Below are positions 1 to 12,426 of a DNA stretch of 64,000 nucleotides, piece by piece. The translations under genes and the position numbers were made by a program. The stretch is taken from NCBI RefSeq assembly GCF_963921235.1, contig NC_086108.1:30444001-30508000 (forward strand). The letters are read 5' to 3'. Position 1 is the stretch's first letter. Each line of letters starts with the position of its first letter. The notes beneath the pieces were generated by a model. The model was given only the letters and a program-made list of their open reading frames with translations. It did no database searches and had not been told where the DNA came from. This stretch comes from Mobula hypostoma. Taxonomy: Eukaryota.

Positions 1-209
1 GTAATTTTGACTCCAGCTTGGTTTCAATACCATCATTGCCTCAAAACTAATCAATAACACTGGACAACAAAGATTTTGCTTCCTAAATAATTTTAGGTAT
101 ATCTTATGGATTTTAACCTGCTGATCAAGAAAATCACCCTGAAATTTCCCTATCATGCACCACAGTTTTGGAAATTGCCTACATTTGTTATTTCAATCCA
201 TAATTCAAG

Positions 210-535
210 TCAGAATAACCGATGCCAAGATTAAGGAAGGCATTTTTGTTGGTTCATAAATCAAATAAGTCAGCAATGGCAGGCAACCTGATAAACTTCT
301 GGTGGGACTGGAGGGAATTCAAGGGTGTCGTTGAAAGTTGTTTTGGTAACTACAGAGCACTAAACTATGTGCAGCTGGTTGACAACATGCTTCTCTAATG
401 TAAAACCATGTAGTGCAACATGTCACTAAAGATTCATTTTCTGCAATCTTATTTAGACTTCTTCCCTGCAAGTCTCAGTGCTTTCAGTGACCAGGATGGT
501 AAAAGATTTCACCAGGACATTGCAGTCAGGGAGAA
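210..535 (+). pseudogene. Degenerate DNA-transposase fragment, CMC/Chapaev3-like
   Basis: Reads RITDAKIKEGIFVG...MSLKIHFLQSYLDFFPASLSAFSDQDGKRFHQDI, matching the SLKIHFLHSHLDFFP..SDEHGERFHQDI motif; contains stops. Confidence 0.65.
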
Positions 536-539
536 GCAA

Positions 540-1490
540 TTTACGATCAACATTGGTGTACCTCAGGGGTGTGTGCTTAACTCGCTGCTCTACTTCCTCT
601 ATACCCATAACTATGTGGCTAGGTATAGCTCAAATACCTTCAATAAACTTGCTGATGATACAACCGTTTTTGGTAGAATCTCAGATGGAGACGAGGGGGC
701 GAGATATACCAGCTAGTTGAGTGTTGTAGTAGCAACAACCTTGCACTCTGTATCAGTAAGACCAAAGAGCTGATTGTGGACTTCAGGAAGGATAAGATGA
801 GGGAACATGAACTAATCCTCATAGAGGGATCAGAAGTGGAGAAAGGGAGCAATTTCAAGCTCCTGGATGTCAAGATCTCTGAGGATCTAACCTGGTTCTA
901 ACATACCAATGCAGCTATAAAGAAGGCAAGTCAGCAGCTTATTTCATTAGGAGTTTGAAGAGATTTAGTTTGTCAATAGAAACACTCAAAAACTTCTATA
1001 GATGTACTATGGAGAACATTCCGGCAGGCTGCATCACTGTGTGGGATGGGGGTTGGGGGGGCTACTGCACAGGGTTGAAAGAAGCTACAGAAAGTTGTAA
1101 AATTAGTCAGCTCCATCTTGGGTACTAACTTCCTTAGTGTCCAAGGCATCTTCAAGGACTGGTGCCTCAGAAAGGTGATGTCCATTATTAAGGACCCCCA
1201 TCACCCAGGACATGTCCTCTTCTCATTGTTACCATCGGGAAGGAGGTACAGAAGCCTGAAGGCACACAGTCAGTGGTTCAGGAACAGCTTCTTCCCCTCT
1301 GTCATCGTAAATGGACATTGAACCCATGACACTACTTCACTTTTAAAAATAAATATCATTTTTGTTTTTGTACTAGTTTTAAATCGATTCAATATACATA
1401 CACATACTTGCTGTAATTGATTTGCTTATATATTTATTTTTTTCTTTTTATTTAATCATGTATTGTATTGCACTACTGCTGCTAATTTAA
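540..1490 (+). mobile_element. Rex1/Babar LINE 3' fragment (RT C-terminal part and 3' UTR)
   Basis: GVPQGCVLNSLLYFLYTH..KLADDTTV and HPGHVLFSLLPSGRRYRSLK..RNSFFPS motifs, frameshifted. Confidence 0.8.
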
Positions 1491-1554
1491 GAAACACTGG
1501 TGGGTCTACTTGAGATTGAAGTAACACATTGAAGTATTCAATGAAGAACTGGGC

Positions 1555-4050
1555 AGTATGAAAGGAATCATTGTTAAGCTAGGTGTTAAGCCTGACACAA
1601 CACCCAAATAAGGCAAGACCTGTTCCATATGACCTCAAATCAAAGGCAGAGGCTGAATTAGTAAGACTGGCCCAGAATAAGGTATTGGGATCATTGTGTG
1701 TAATCAAACGGACGACTCCAGTGGTTCCTGTCCTAAAAAGGGATGGGTCTTTAAGGCTTTGTGGAGACTTCATGGTAACCATTAACACAGTTCTTATAGC
1801 TGAACAGTCTCTCTTCCCTTCTTTGATTGAATTTTTTGCAGGACTTGCTGGAGGATAGACATTTAGCAAGAATGACTTGCGTCAAGCGTAATAGCAGATG
1901 CACTTGGAGTCAGACTCACAGGAACTATCAACCTTTGCGACTCACAAAGGAGCGTTCAGGTACCGAAGGCTTCCATTTGTGGCATCACCTTAGCTCTTGC
2001 ACTTTTTCAGTGAGCAATGGACCGATCCTGATTGAATTGACAGGGGTGCAATGCTATTTGGTTGACTTACTCATTACAGGGAAAATGAGCACGAGCACCT
2101 ACAAAACTTAGATTCTGCACTACAAAGACGCCAGGTAAGTGGGCTAAGGATCTGGAAGGACAAGTGTGAGCTCTTTTGACCTTTAATTGAATATTTGGGC
2201 CATGTGATCAATAACTCAGGGATTCACAAGGCACCATCGAAGGTGAAGGCAATCATGGAGGATCCATCACCTCTGAATGTACTTAAGTCAATTAAGAGGG
2301 CCCCACAGCAGCACATTGCTTTGCAGTACAGGAGGCCAGGGTTCAATTCCAACCACTGCCTGTAAGGTGTTTGTACGTTCTCCCTGTGATCACATGGGTT
2401 TCCTCCAGGTGCTCCGGTTTCCACCCGCAGTCCAAAGACGTACTGGTTGGTAGGTTAATTGGCATTGTAAATTGTCCCATGATTAGGCTAGGATTAAATT
2501 GGGGGATTGCTGGGCAGCATGGTTCAAAGGGCCAGAATGGCCTATTCTGCACTGTATCTCAGTAAATAAACAAACAAATAAATAAATAAGATCTTTCTTG
2601 GGACTGCTAACATACCACACAAAGTTTGTTCCTAACTTAGCTATCTTAGCTGAAACCACTTCATGAGCTTTGAAATAAATCAACACACTGGCAGTGGATA
2701 GATCACTGTGAAAAGGCTTTAAAAAGGACAAAACAGCTTTGCCACAATCTGAAACACTCGCACCCCAACATGTCATTGTCCATTCAGTTGGCATGCGATA
2801 CAACATCATGATTACCACTCCTTGACGTCAACTTTTTATGGTCCACGTGGAGCCATTCCTTCCCTGGCTGCAGCTGGGCTCTATTACTACCTGCACAATG
2901 AAGTACGGGAGATCTGAGCACCGTTTGAATGCTGATGGACTATCTCGTCTTCTGTTAGCTTTTATAGCTCCAGAGCCATCCCTTTTACTTCAATGAAACA
3001 TCCACAGCTCCAATAACTGTGGCACAAGTCCAGAAGCACACCCATACTGAACCTGTTCTATCTAAAGTGGTGGACACAATAACTCATGAATGAAAAGGAG
3101 AGCCAATCATAGAATTAAAACCTTTCCAAGCTTGATAGGAAGAGCTCACAGTCCAAGCAGGATGTTTACTATGGGAGTATCATGTTGTTATTCCTCCACC
3201 AATAAGAAAACAAATGCTTGACGGGCTACATGCAGGACCCTGTGGTGTAGTGGTCATGAAAGAAATCACAACCAGCTACTTCTGGTGGCCAGGACTGGAT
3301 GTAACTATTGAAGAGATGACCAACGTATGCCTACATTGTCAGCGAGTGAGAAATATTTTTCAGCTTTCTCCTTTGCATCCATAGGAATGGCCTGAAGTAC
3401 TATAACAGAGGTCTCACACAGGACCTGTAGAAAGCCACAGTTCTTGGTCGTAGTGGATGCACAGAGCAAATGGCCGGACGTTGCCATCATGAAAAGCAGG
3501 ACCTCTGAAAAATGCATTGAGGAACTACATTCCACCTTTCGGTGATTTGGATTTCCTCAACAGCGTGCAAGTTACAATGACCCACCACTCCTGTCCGAAG
3601 TGTTCAAGATACTTATGGAAGCAAATGGTATTCAGCACATCAAGCCAGCGTCATATCATCTAGCCACTAATGGCTTTGCTGAATGACTTATGCAACAGTG
3701 AGTGAAACAAGTCCTCAAGATTTCAGTGGGAAGTTGGATCCCTCAACTGGCATCTTCACAGACACATTTTATGCCGCCACCAAAATGGCCCCAGCTACTG
3801 CACTGATGAAAAGACAACTTCACACCAGACATGACCACCTTAGATCCTCCAAACACAAGACGGATGGTGCTAAATGAACTGAAAACCCAAACAGGGAGTT
3901 GTTCCAAGGTAAAGTACAGAAGTTTCACAGCAGGAGAGAGAGTACTTGCCCAGAATTGCATCTCTGGAACAAAGTGGATATCTGTGACCGTGCTGGTAGA
4001 AACTGGTCCTGTGTCTCACACAGAGGAAATTAGTAACATCTCCAGATTTT
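1555..4050 (+). mobile_element. Degenerate Ty3/Gypsy pol (RT, RNase H, integrase remnants)
   Basis: ARPVPYDLK..TPVVPVLKRDGSLRLCGDFMVTIN, RSFLGLL, YFWWPGLD, VVVDAQSKWP, YHLATNGFAE; many stops and frameshifts. Confidence 0.85.
2298..2592 (+). mobile_element. tRNA-derived V-SINE/HE1-like SINE inserted in the Gypsy pol
   Basis: B box GGTTCAATTCC; body gggtttcctccaggtgctccggtttcc..gtccaaagacg; (AAAT/AAAC)n tail; splits the Gypsy 'RSFLG' coding sequence with TAAGA at both sides. Confidence 0.8.
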
Positions 4051-4626
4051 GATCAGCTGTTGCCCATTTCTGAGGTTACTGAAAACAAACACAAATGGAT
4101 CAGTCTAGATCCAGTGGTAGAATTAAGGCAGGATTCTAAGACAACAACTGCAGAATCTTTGCTAAGAGCAAATGACACAGCCAGTGCTCCCCATCACCTG
4201 TGCTTTCTGAGGTGCCTCCTAGTGACAACACAGTACCCAAACCAAGATCTATACATACACCACCCACTAAATGCTTCCTTATGTCAAACCTGAGGGCACC
4301 CGCACTGGCTTCAGCAACTTGGCATGAAGACTCTGGATGTAACTCCTTCCCCTTGAAGTTCTTGTGGTCACAACCCAATGTGTCAGTGCATCCCTTAGCC
4401 TCAGAACGTTTCAGTCCTGGCCAACTCCCTATATTTCTGGAGGACGCTTTGGTAACTCCCACATAGCTGGTATTTTTCCAGCAGCTGTTGAGGTTTGTTT
4501 AAGTGTGTGTGGTTTACCTCTTACCAACTGATTCTTCCCACTGCCCACTTCTTCCGTGGCTTCACTTCCTCCTAACAAGGACAGAGTTAATTCCTTCAGT
4601 GAATCCCCATTCTCATGTAGAACTTG

Positions 4627-5747
4627 AGGAAAAAATTCTGGAGGAACACAGCAGGCCAGGCAGCATGTATGGAAAAGAGTAAACAGTTGATGTTTCTGGC
4701 CAATACTCTTCATCAGGACTGGAAAGGAATGGGAGTGGTCAGAGTAAGGAGGAGGGGATTGGGGGGAGGAAGTACAAGGTAGTAGGTGATAGGTGAAACC
4801 GGGAGAGGGGGAGGGGTGAAGTAAAGAGCTGGGAAGTTAATTGGTGAAAGAGGTAAAGGGCTGGAAAAGGGGGAATCTGATAGGAGAGGACAAAAGACCT
4901 TGGAAGAAAATGAAGGAGGAGGAGCACCAGAAAGAGGTGATAGTCAGGCAAGGAGATAAGATGAGAGAAGGAAACAGGAATGGGAAATGATGGAGGAGAT
5001 GGTGGGGGGAGTGGTAATTAATGGAAGTTAAAGAAATTGATACTCATGCTCTCAGGTTAGAGGCTACTCAGATGTAATATAAGGTTTTGCTCCTCCAGCC
5101 TGAGTGTGGCCTCATCATGGCAGTAGAGGAGGCCATGGACTGAATGTCAGATTGGGAATGAGAAGTAGAATTGAAATGGGTGGCTGCCGGGAGATCCTGC
5201 TTTCTGTGGCGGATGGAACAAAGGATCTCAGTGAGGTAGCCTCCCAATCCACGTTGGGTCTCACCAATACACAGGAAGCAACATCGAGAACACTGGATAC
5301 AGTAGATGACCCCAACAGATTCACAGGTAAATTGTTGCCTCACCCGGAAGGACTGTTTGAGGCCTTGAATGGTAGTGAGGGAGGAGGTGTAGGGACAGGT
5401 GTAGCACTTGTTCCGCTTGCAATGGTAAGTACAAGGAGGGTATTCAGTGGGGAGGGACGAGTGGACAATGGAGTCGAGTAAGGAGCGATCCCTGATGAAA
5501 GTGGAAAGTGGGGAAGGGGGCGTGGGTGGAAGGAAAGATGTGCATGGTGGTGAGATGCTGTTGGCGATGACGGAAGTTATAGAGAGTTATGTACTGGACG
5601 TAGAGGCCAGAAGGGTAGAAGGACAAGAGGAACCCTATGTCTGGTGTGGGGACAGGAGGATGGAGTCAGGGCAAATGTGCATGAAATGGAAGAAATGCGA
5701 GTGAGGTCAGCATTGATAGTGGAGGAAAGGAAGTCCCTTTGAGTTCA
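4627..5747 (-). mobile_element. Penelope-like element 3' fragment (GIY-YIG endonuclease remnant and pseudo-LTR)
   Basis: FTCESVGVIYCIQCSRC..CIGETQR..HFNSTSHS; 12-bp TSD ATGTAGAACTTG at 4615-4626 and 5748-5759. Confidence 0.85.
4684..4721 (-). ncRNA. Degenerate minimal hammerhead ribozyme motif in the Penelope pseudo-LTR
   Basis: Minus strand CAGTC-CTGATGA-agagtattggcca-GAAA-CA-TC-AACTG; core boxes present, helices weakened. Confidence 0.55.
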
Positions 5748-6119
5748 ATGTAGAACTTGCTCTTATTTTAATGCAGTAACCATGGAGATAAGCTCATTTC
5801 CTTACAGCAGCAAAATTAATGATCTATTAGAGGATGTTAGCAGGTGGTTCAGCACCTGTAGAAGGAAATGGACAGACACTTGTCTGACAGATGCTGACTG
5901 AACTACTGAGTTTGTCAAGCAGCTCTTTTCTTGCTTCAAATTCTTGTGTCTCCACTTGCTTATTAGACTGTACCTTTATTATAGGTCATCTGCTCTGACC
6001 AATGCACACAGTGCCATTAAAAGAGAAATATCCATTCATCTTTAAGGGGAGATAATAAACTAACGTGGGAATTTTACTGCACTGCACATTTCCTCATGTT
6101 AATTGGAATGAAACATTCT

Positions 6120-6990
6120 TATTTCAGAATCAGGTTTAATATCACTGGCATACTACAGGTTGTGAAATTTGTTGTTTTGTGGCAGCAATACATGCATAAC
6201 AATAAAAAAAATTACAATAAGAAAGATATAATTAAACAATTGTGCAAGAAGAGTGGAAAAACCTACTGAGGTAGTGCTCAGGGTTTCATTGTCCATTCAG
6301 AGATCTGGTGGCAGAGGGGAAGAAGCTGTCCCTGAAAATTTGAGTGTGTGTCTCCAGGTCCATGCACCTCCTCCTTGATGAGAAGAGAGCACGTCCTGGC
6401 TGATGGGGTTCTTAATGATGGATGGCAACTTTTGGAGGCATCACCTTTTGAAGATGTCTTCTCTGCTGAGCATCCTAGTGGCCAAGATGGAGCTGGCTGA
6501 GTTTACAACTTTCTGCAACTTTTTCTGATCTTACAGTTGCCCTTCCATAGCAGATGATGCAACTATTTATGGGGGTCTCCACGATACACCTGTAGAAATT
6601 CGCAAGAGTCGTTGGTGACATGCCCCGTCTCCACAGACTCCTAATGGAAGGTAGCCATCGTTGTGTTCTTTGTAACTGCATCAATATGTTAGGCCCAGGA
6701 TAGATCCTCAGAGGATGTTGACAACTGGGAACTTGAAACTGCTCACCCATTCCACTGCCGATCCTTGAATGAGGACGGGTGTGTGTTCCCTCAACTTCCC
6801 CTTCCCGAAGACCAGAATCAGTTCCTTAGTCTTGCTGATGGTGAGTGCAAGGTTATTGTGCGATACCACCCAACCAGCTGACCTATATCGCTCCTTTCTA
6901 CCTCCTCCTCACCATCTGAAATTCTGCCAAAAATAGTTGTGCCATTGTGAAGTTTATAGATAGCGTTTAAGATGTGCCTAGCCACACAAT
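6120..6990 (-). mobile_element. Rex1/Babar LINE 3' fragment
   Basis: GMSPTTLANFYRCIVE motif; same family as 540-1490 in reverse orientation. Confidence 0.75.
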
Positions 6991-7344
6991 CATGGCTAGT
7001 CTTTATGTTTTTCCTTCTCCTTTGGTGACACTTTTGGAAGCTCTATGAATGAAATGCAGAAGCAGAATCAGATCACTGACATATGCGGTGAAATTTTTTG
7101 CTTTGTGGCAACAGTATAGAGCAATACATTAAAATATCACTATTAGTTACAATAAGAAATAAAAAAATAAATAAGAAGTGCAAAAAAAAATATTGTGGCA
7201 GTGTTCATAGATTTATGGACCCATGTTTTTATCGCCCAGAATTCAAACCCTGGACTGCTCGCCTCCAAGTCTGGTGCTGATGCCACTGCATGACTGGCCG
7301 ACTATAATGGACATGGCTTTGAATCGATTGCTGTTGCTCATGGG

Positions 7345-7690
7345 TAGCACAATGACTGGCTCAGTGTGTAAAGCTGTTACCTCACAGCTTCACCGACCTG
7401 GCTTTGATCCCAACCTCTGGTGCTGTTTGCATGGAATTTACACATATTCCCTGCGACCACAGAAGATTCCCCTGGGTGTTCTGGTTCCTTCCCACATCCT
7501 AAGAGCCTGTGAAACATTAGATCAATTAACTGCTGTAAACTGCCTGGAGTGTGTAGGTGGGTGGCAGAATGCAGGAAGAGTTGATAGGAGCGTGGGTTAG
7601 GATGGGATTAAAATAAAAAATGTGTGCTTGATCACTAGTGTAGATTCAGTGGTCTGAAGTACCTGTCTCTTTTCTGTATTTCTCTATGAC
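7345..7690 (+). mobile_element. Old tRNA-derived SINE
   Basis: Degenerate A box (tggctcagtg), SINE body and CR1-like ctctatgact tail. Confidence 0.6.
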
Positions 7691-7829
7691 TCAAAGCCTT
7701 TATGATTTAATTTCTTCTGTGATCCAAGCTTTATCCATTTTGGATATAGTGACAGCAGACGATAATTTGAGTGGTTGGAAGAATAGCACTTTGCTTTGCT
7801 TCATGTGTGTTTCTTGAGAGGTTGGTAAA

Positions 7830-8340
7830 GCCAGTCCATGTCCTCCTCTTGTGCCAAGGTGAGGCCACCCCTAGGGTGGAGGAGCAACACCTCATATTCC
7901 ATCTGGGTAGCCTCAATCTGAGGGCATGAATATCAATTTCTCCTTCCAGTAAAAGTTATCCCTATTCCTACCTTCTTCTATTCCCCACTCTAGCCTCTTA
8001 TCTCTTCTCAACTGTCTATATCCTCCCCTTGGGTTCACTCCTCCTTCCCTTTCTCCTGTGGTGCACTCTTCTTTTCTATCAGATCTCTTCCTCTCCACCG
8101 CTTGACATGTCCCACCCACCAGGCTTCAACTATCACCTTCCAGCTAGCTTCCTTCCCCTTCCTCCACCTTTTTTATTCTGGTGTCTCCCCCACCCTTCTT
8201 CTCAGTCCTGATGAATGGTGTCAGCCTGAAATGTCGACTGTTTATTCATTTCCATTGCTGCTGCCTGACCTGTTGCATTCCTCCAGCATTTTGGGTGTGT
8301 TGCTTTGGATTTCCAGCACTTGCAGACTGCCTCGTGCTTT
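7830..8340 (+). mobile_element. Penelope-like 3' fragment and pseudo-LTR
   Basis: EATPRVEEQHLIFHLGSL end of GIY-YIG, pyrimidine-rich UTR and pseudo-LTR similar to 43200-43729. Confidence 0.8.
8203..8240 (+). ncRNA. Degenerate minimal hammerhead ribozyme motif
   Basis: CAGTC-CTGATGA-atggtgtcagcct-GAAA-TG-TC-GACTG; 5-bp helix I intact, helix II and the ACGU palindrome mutated. Confidence 0.6.
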
Positions 8341-9387
8341 TGAAGTTTTGATCATGGATCCTTCTGTGGCCAATACTTTATCTTGCTGCCTGCCCTACGT
8401 GGGCGCTTTCTCATTATCACCTTTCATAATGTACATACAGTATCCTTATACTGTAAGTGCTTAAATATGAAATTTATATCTTGTGTTTGTTCTTCATGCA
8501 GTACTTCACAGCTTTCCAAAAAAACCTTTCACGTGGGTTTCAGTATGTTAACAAAAGATCTGCAGCTCTATTACATTTCTGAATGTGGTTTTGTTCAGTT
8601 GATTCATAACACATTCCTCATTTGGAAGATTTGCTTCAGATACAAGAGGTAGAGACAACTATTTTTAGTGTTTAGATAAAACTTTCCATTTCATATCTGG
8701 TAAACAACTGGCAAGATATATTTTTGTATGGCATAAGCCAGTTGGAAGGTTATTTAATTCGTTACTGTTAACACCAGGGCAAAATGCCAGTTGTTTGAGA
8801 TGAGCCAAGCAGAGTAAAGACACCATCAATACCAGTTGCAGGTGATGACCACTGGGGGCAGAGAGCTCATAATTTCTTCAATAGGGAACTATCGTCAACC
8901 AGACACAAGCAGGTGACGACCAGGAGGTAGCTCTACAAAGTCGACGCTAACAACAACCCATAGGTCAGTGGATAACTCTGAGATTTCTGCTGGTAGTTGC
9001 AGTTTTAATATTGTCATGACTTTACAAGTTATACATTGGTTGACTTTGTGTTCAGCCAAGCAAAATATTCTCGACGCCAATACCTTTGTTTTCGTAAAAC
9101 CTTGTTGAGCTTAATGTGATAACATCTACACCAGGGTTCCCCAATTAGTTTTCCACAAGGGCCAAATTATGTCAAGCATGCCAAGCCAAGGGCCAAAACG
9201 TCCAGGGTTTTTTTTCATTGCGCCAATAAGTTGTTTTATGGGCAGATGTTGTTGTTGCTGCTATTACCATTATTATTATTATTATTATTAGTAGTAGTAG
9301 TAGTAAACATAGAAACATAGAAACATAGAAAATAGGTGCAGGAGTAGGCCATTCGGCCCTTCGAGCCTGCACCGCCATTTATTATGA

Positions 9388-12300
9388 TCATGGCTGATCA
9401 TCCAACTCAGAACCCAGCCTTCCCTCCATACCCCTGACCCCTGTAGCCACAAGGGCCATATCTAACTTCCTTTTAAACATAGCTAATGAACTGGCCTCAA
9501 CAGTTTGTTGTGGCAGAGAATTCCACAGATTCACCACTCTCTGTGTGAAGAAGTTTTTCCTAACCTCGGTCCTAAAAGGCTTCCCCTCTATCCTCAAACT
9601 GTGACCCCTCGTTCTAGACCTCCCCAACATCGGGAACAATCTTCCCGCATCTAGCCTGTCCAATCCCTTTAGGATCTTATACGTTTCAATCAGATCCCCC
9701 CTCAATCTTCTAAATTCCAACGAGTACAAGCCCAGTTCATCCAGTCTTTCTTCATATGAAAGACCTGCCATCCCAGGAATCAATCTGGTGAACCTTCTTT
9801 GTACTCCCTCTATGGCAAAGATGTCTTTCCTCAGATTAGGGGACCAAAACTGCACACAATACTCCAGGTGTGGTCTCACCAAGGCCTTGTACAACTGCAG
9901 TAGTACCTCCCTGCTCCTGTACTCGAATCCTCTCGCTATAAATGCCAGCATACCGTTCGCCTTTTTCACCGCCTGCTGTACCTGCATGCCCACTTTCAAT
10001 GACTGGTGTATAATGACACCCAGGTCTCGTTGCACCTCCCCTTTTCCTAATCGGCCACCATTCAGATAATAATCTGTTTTCCTATTTTTGCCACCAAAGT
10101 GGATAACTTCACATTTATCCACATTAAATTGCATCTGCCATGAGTTTGCCCACTCACCCAACCTATCCAAGTCACCCTGCATCCTCTTAGCATCCTCCTC
10201 ACTGCTAACACTGCCACCCAGCTTTGTGTCATCCGCAAACTTGGAGATGCTGCATTTAATTCCCTCATCCAAGTCATTAATATATATTGTAAACAACTGG
10301 GGTCCCAGCACTGAGCCTTGCGGTACCCCACTAGTCACCGCCTGCCATTCTGAAAAGGTCCCGTTTATTCCCACTCTTTGCTTCCTGTCTGCTAACCAAT
10401 TCTCCACCCACACCAATACCTTACCCCCAATACCGTGTGCTTTAAGTTTGCACACTAATCTCCTGTGTGGGACCTTGTCAAAAGCCTTTTGAAAATCTAA
10501 ATATACCACATCCACTGGTTCTCCCCTATCCACTCTACTAGTTACATCCTCAAAAAATTCTATGAGATTCGTCAGACATGATTTTCCTTTCACAAATCCA
10601 TGCTGACTTTGTCCGATCATTTCACCGCTTTCCAAATGTGCTGTTATCACATCCTTGATAACTGACTCCAGCAATTTCCCCACCACCGACGTTAGGCTAA
10701 CCGGCCTATAATTCCCCGGTTTCTCTCTCCCTCCTTTTTTAAAAAGTGGGGTTACATTAGCCACCCTCCAATCCTCAGGAACTAGTCCAGAATCTAACGA
10801 GTTTTGAAAAATTATCACTAATGCATCCACTATTTCTTGGGCCACTTCCTTAAGCACTCTGGGATGCAGACCATCTGGCCCTGGGGATTTATCTGCCTTC
10901 AATCCCTTCAATTTACCTAACACCACTTCCCTACTAACATGTATTTCGCTCAGTTCCTCCATCTCACTGGACCCTCTGTCCCTTACTATTTCTGGAAGAT
11001 TATTTATGTCCTCCTTAGTGAAGACAGAACCAAAGTAATTATTCAATTGGTCTGCCATGTCCTTGCTCCCCATAATCAATTCACCTGTTTCTGTTTGCAG
11101 GGGACCTACATTTGTCTTTATCAGTCTTTTCCTTTTTACATATCTATAAAAGCTTTTACAGTCCGTTTTTATGTTCTCTGCCAGTTTTCTCTCATAATCT
11201 TTTTTCCCCTTCCTAATTAAGTCCTTTGTCCTCCTCTGCTGAACTCTGAATTTCTCCCAGTCCTCAGGTGAGCCACTTTCTCTGGCTAATTTGTATGCTT
11301 CTTCTTTGGAATTGATACTATCCCTAATTTCTCTTGTCAGCCACGGGTGCACTACCTTCCTTGATTTATTCTTTTGCCAAACTGGGATGAACAATTGTTG
11401 TAGTTCATCCATGCAACCTTTAAATGCCTGCCATTGCATATCCACCGTCAATCCTTGAAGTGTCATTTGCCAGTCTATCTTAGCTAATTCACGTCTCATA
11501 CCTTCAAAGTTACCCCTCTTTAAGTTCAGAACCTTTGTTTCTGAATTAACTACGTCACTCTCCATGTTAATGAAGAATTCCACCATATTATGGTCACTCT
11601 TACCCAAGGGGCCTCTCACAACAAGATCGCTAATTAACCCTTCCTCATTGCTCAAAACCCAGCCCAGAATAGCCTGCTCTCTAGTCGGTTCCTCGACATG
11701 TTGGTTCAAAAAACCATCCCGCATACATTCCAAGAAATCCTCTTCCTCAGCACCTTTACCAATTTGGTTCACCCAGTCTACATGTAGATTGAAGTCACCC
11801 ATTATAACTGCTGTTCCTTTATTGCACACATTTCTAATTTCCTGTTTAATACCATCTCCGACCTCACTACTACTGTTAGGTGGCCTGTACACAACTCCCA
11901 CCAGCGTCTTCTGCCCCTTAGTGTTACGCAGCTCTACCCATATCGATTCCACATCTTCCCGGCTTATGTCCTTCCTTTCTATTGCGTTAATCTCTTTTTT
12001 AACCAGCAACGCCACCCCACCTCCCCTTCCTTCATGTCTATCCCTCCTGAATATTGAATATCCCTGAACGTTGAGCTCCCATCCCTGGTCACCCTGGAGC
12101 CATGTCTCTGTGATCCCAACTATATCATAATCATTAATAACAATCTGCACTTTCAATTCATCCACCTTATTACGAATGCTCCTTGCATTGACACATAAAG
12201 CCTTCAGGCGCTCTTTTACAACTCTCTTAGCCCTTTTTAATGCTTGCCCTGGATTTGTCGGCCTGCCACTTTTACTTTTCCCCTTTGTACTTTTTGCTTC

Positions 12301-12426
12301 TACGCTCACTTTACACCCCTCTGTCTCTCTGCACTGGTTCCCATCCCTCTGTTGTGAACTAACCTCCTCACACCTAGCCGCTTTAATTTGATTCCCACCC
12401 CCCAACCATTCTAGTTTAAAGTCACC
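9388..12426 (-). CDS. CR1 ORF2: APE endonuclease and reverse transcriptase, uninterrupted (about 1010 codons); no AUG before the endonuclease
   Basis: NARSIRNK, GITETW, MGDFN, SDHN, PGPDG, YLDFQKAFD, GVPQGSVLGP, KFADD; frame opens after TGA at 12429-12427; the track start at 12405 is TTG. Confidence 0.93.
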   Translation of the reverse strand, partial: GDFKLEWLGGGNQIKAARCEEVSSQQRDGNQCRETEGCKVSVEAKSTKGKSKSGRPTNPGQALKRAKRVVKERLKALCVNARSIRNKVDELKVQIVINDYDIVGITETWLQGDQGWELNVQGYSIFRRDRHEGRGGGVALLVKKEINAIERKDISREDVESIWVELRNTKGQKTLVGVVYRPPNSSSEVGDGIKQEIRNVCNKGTAVIMGDFNLHVDWVNQIGKGAEEEDFLECMRDGFLNQHVEEPTREQAILGWVLSNEEGLISDLVVRGPLGKSDHNMVEFFINMESDVVNSETKVLNLKRGNFEGMRRELAKIDWQMTLQGLTVDMQWQAFKGCMDELQQLFIPVWQKNKSRKVVHPWLTREIRDSINSKEEAYKLARESGSPEDWEKFRVQQRRTKDLIRKGKKDYERKLAENIKTDCKSFYRYVKRKRLIKTNVGPLQTETGELIMGSKDMADQLNNYFGSVFTKEDINNLPEIVRDRGSSEMEELSEIHVSREVVLGKLKGLKADKSPGPDGLHPRVLKEVAQEIVDALVIIFQNSLDSGLVPEDWRVANVTPLFKKGGREKPGNYRPVSLTSVVGKLLESVIKDVITAHLESGEMIGQSQHGFVKGKSCLTNLIEFFEDVTSRVDRGEPVDVVYLDFQKAFDKVPHRRLVCKLKAHGIGGKVLVWVENWLADRKQRVGINGTFSEWQAVTSGVPQGSVLGPQLFTIYINDLDEGIKCSISKFADDTKLGGSVSSEEDAKRMQGDLDRLGEWANSWQMQFNVDKCEVIHFGGKNRKTDYYLNGGRLGKGEVQRDLGVIIHQSLKVGMQVQQAVKKANGMLAFIARGFEYRSREVLLQLYKALVRPHLEYCVQFWSPNLRKDIFAIEGVQRRFTRLIPGMAGLSYEERLDELGLYSLEFRRLRGDLIETYKILKGLDRLDAGRLFPMLGRSRTRGHSLRIEGKPFRTEVRKNFFTQRVVNLWNSLPQQTVEASSLAMFKRKLDMALVATGVRGMEGRLGSELDDQP

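Noticed and set aside
8846..8864. CTCF-like motif GACCACTGGGGGCAG
   Set aside because: One base short of the core spacing CCACTAGGGGGC; a single weak motif is not evidence
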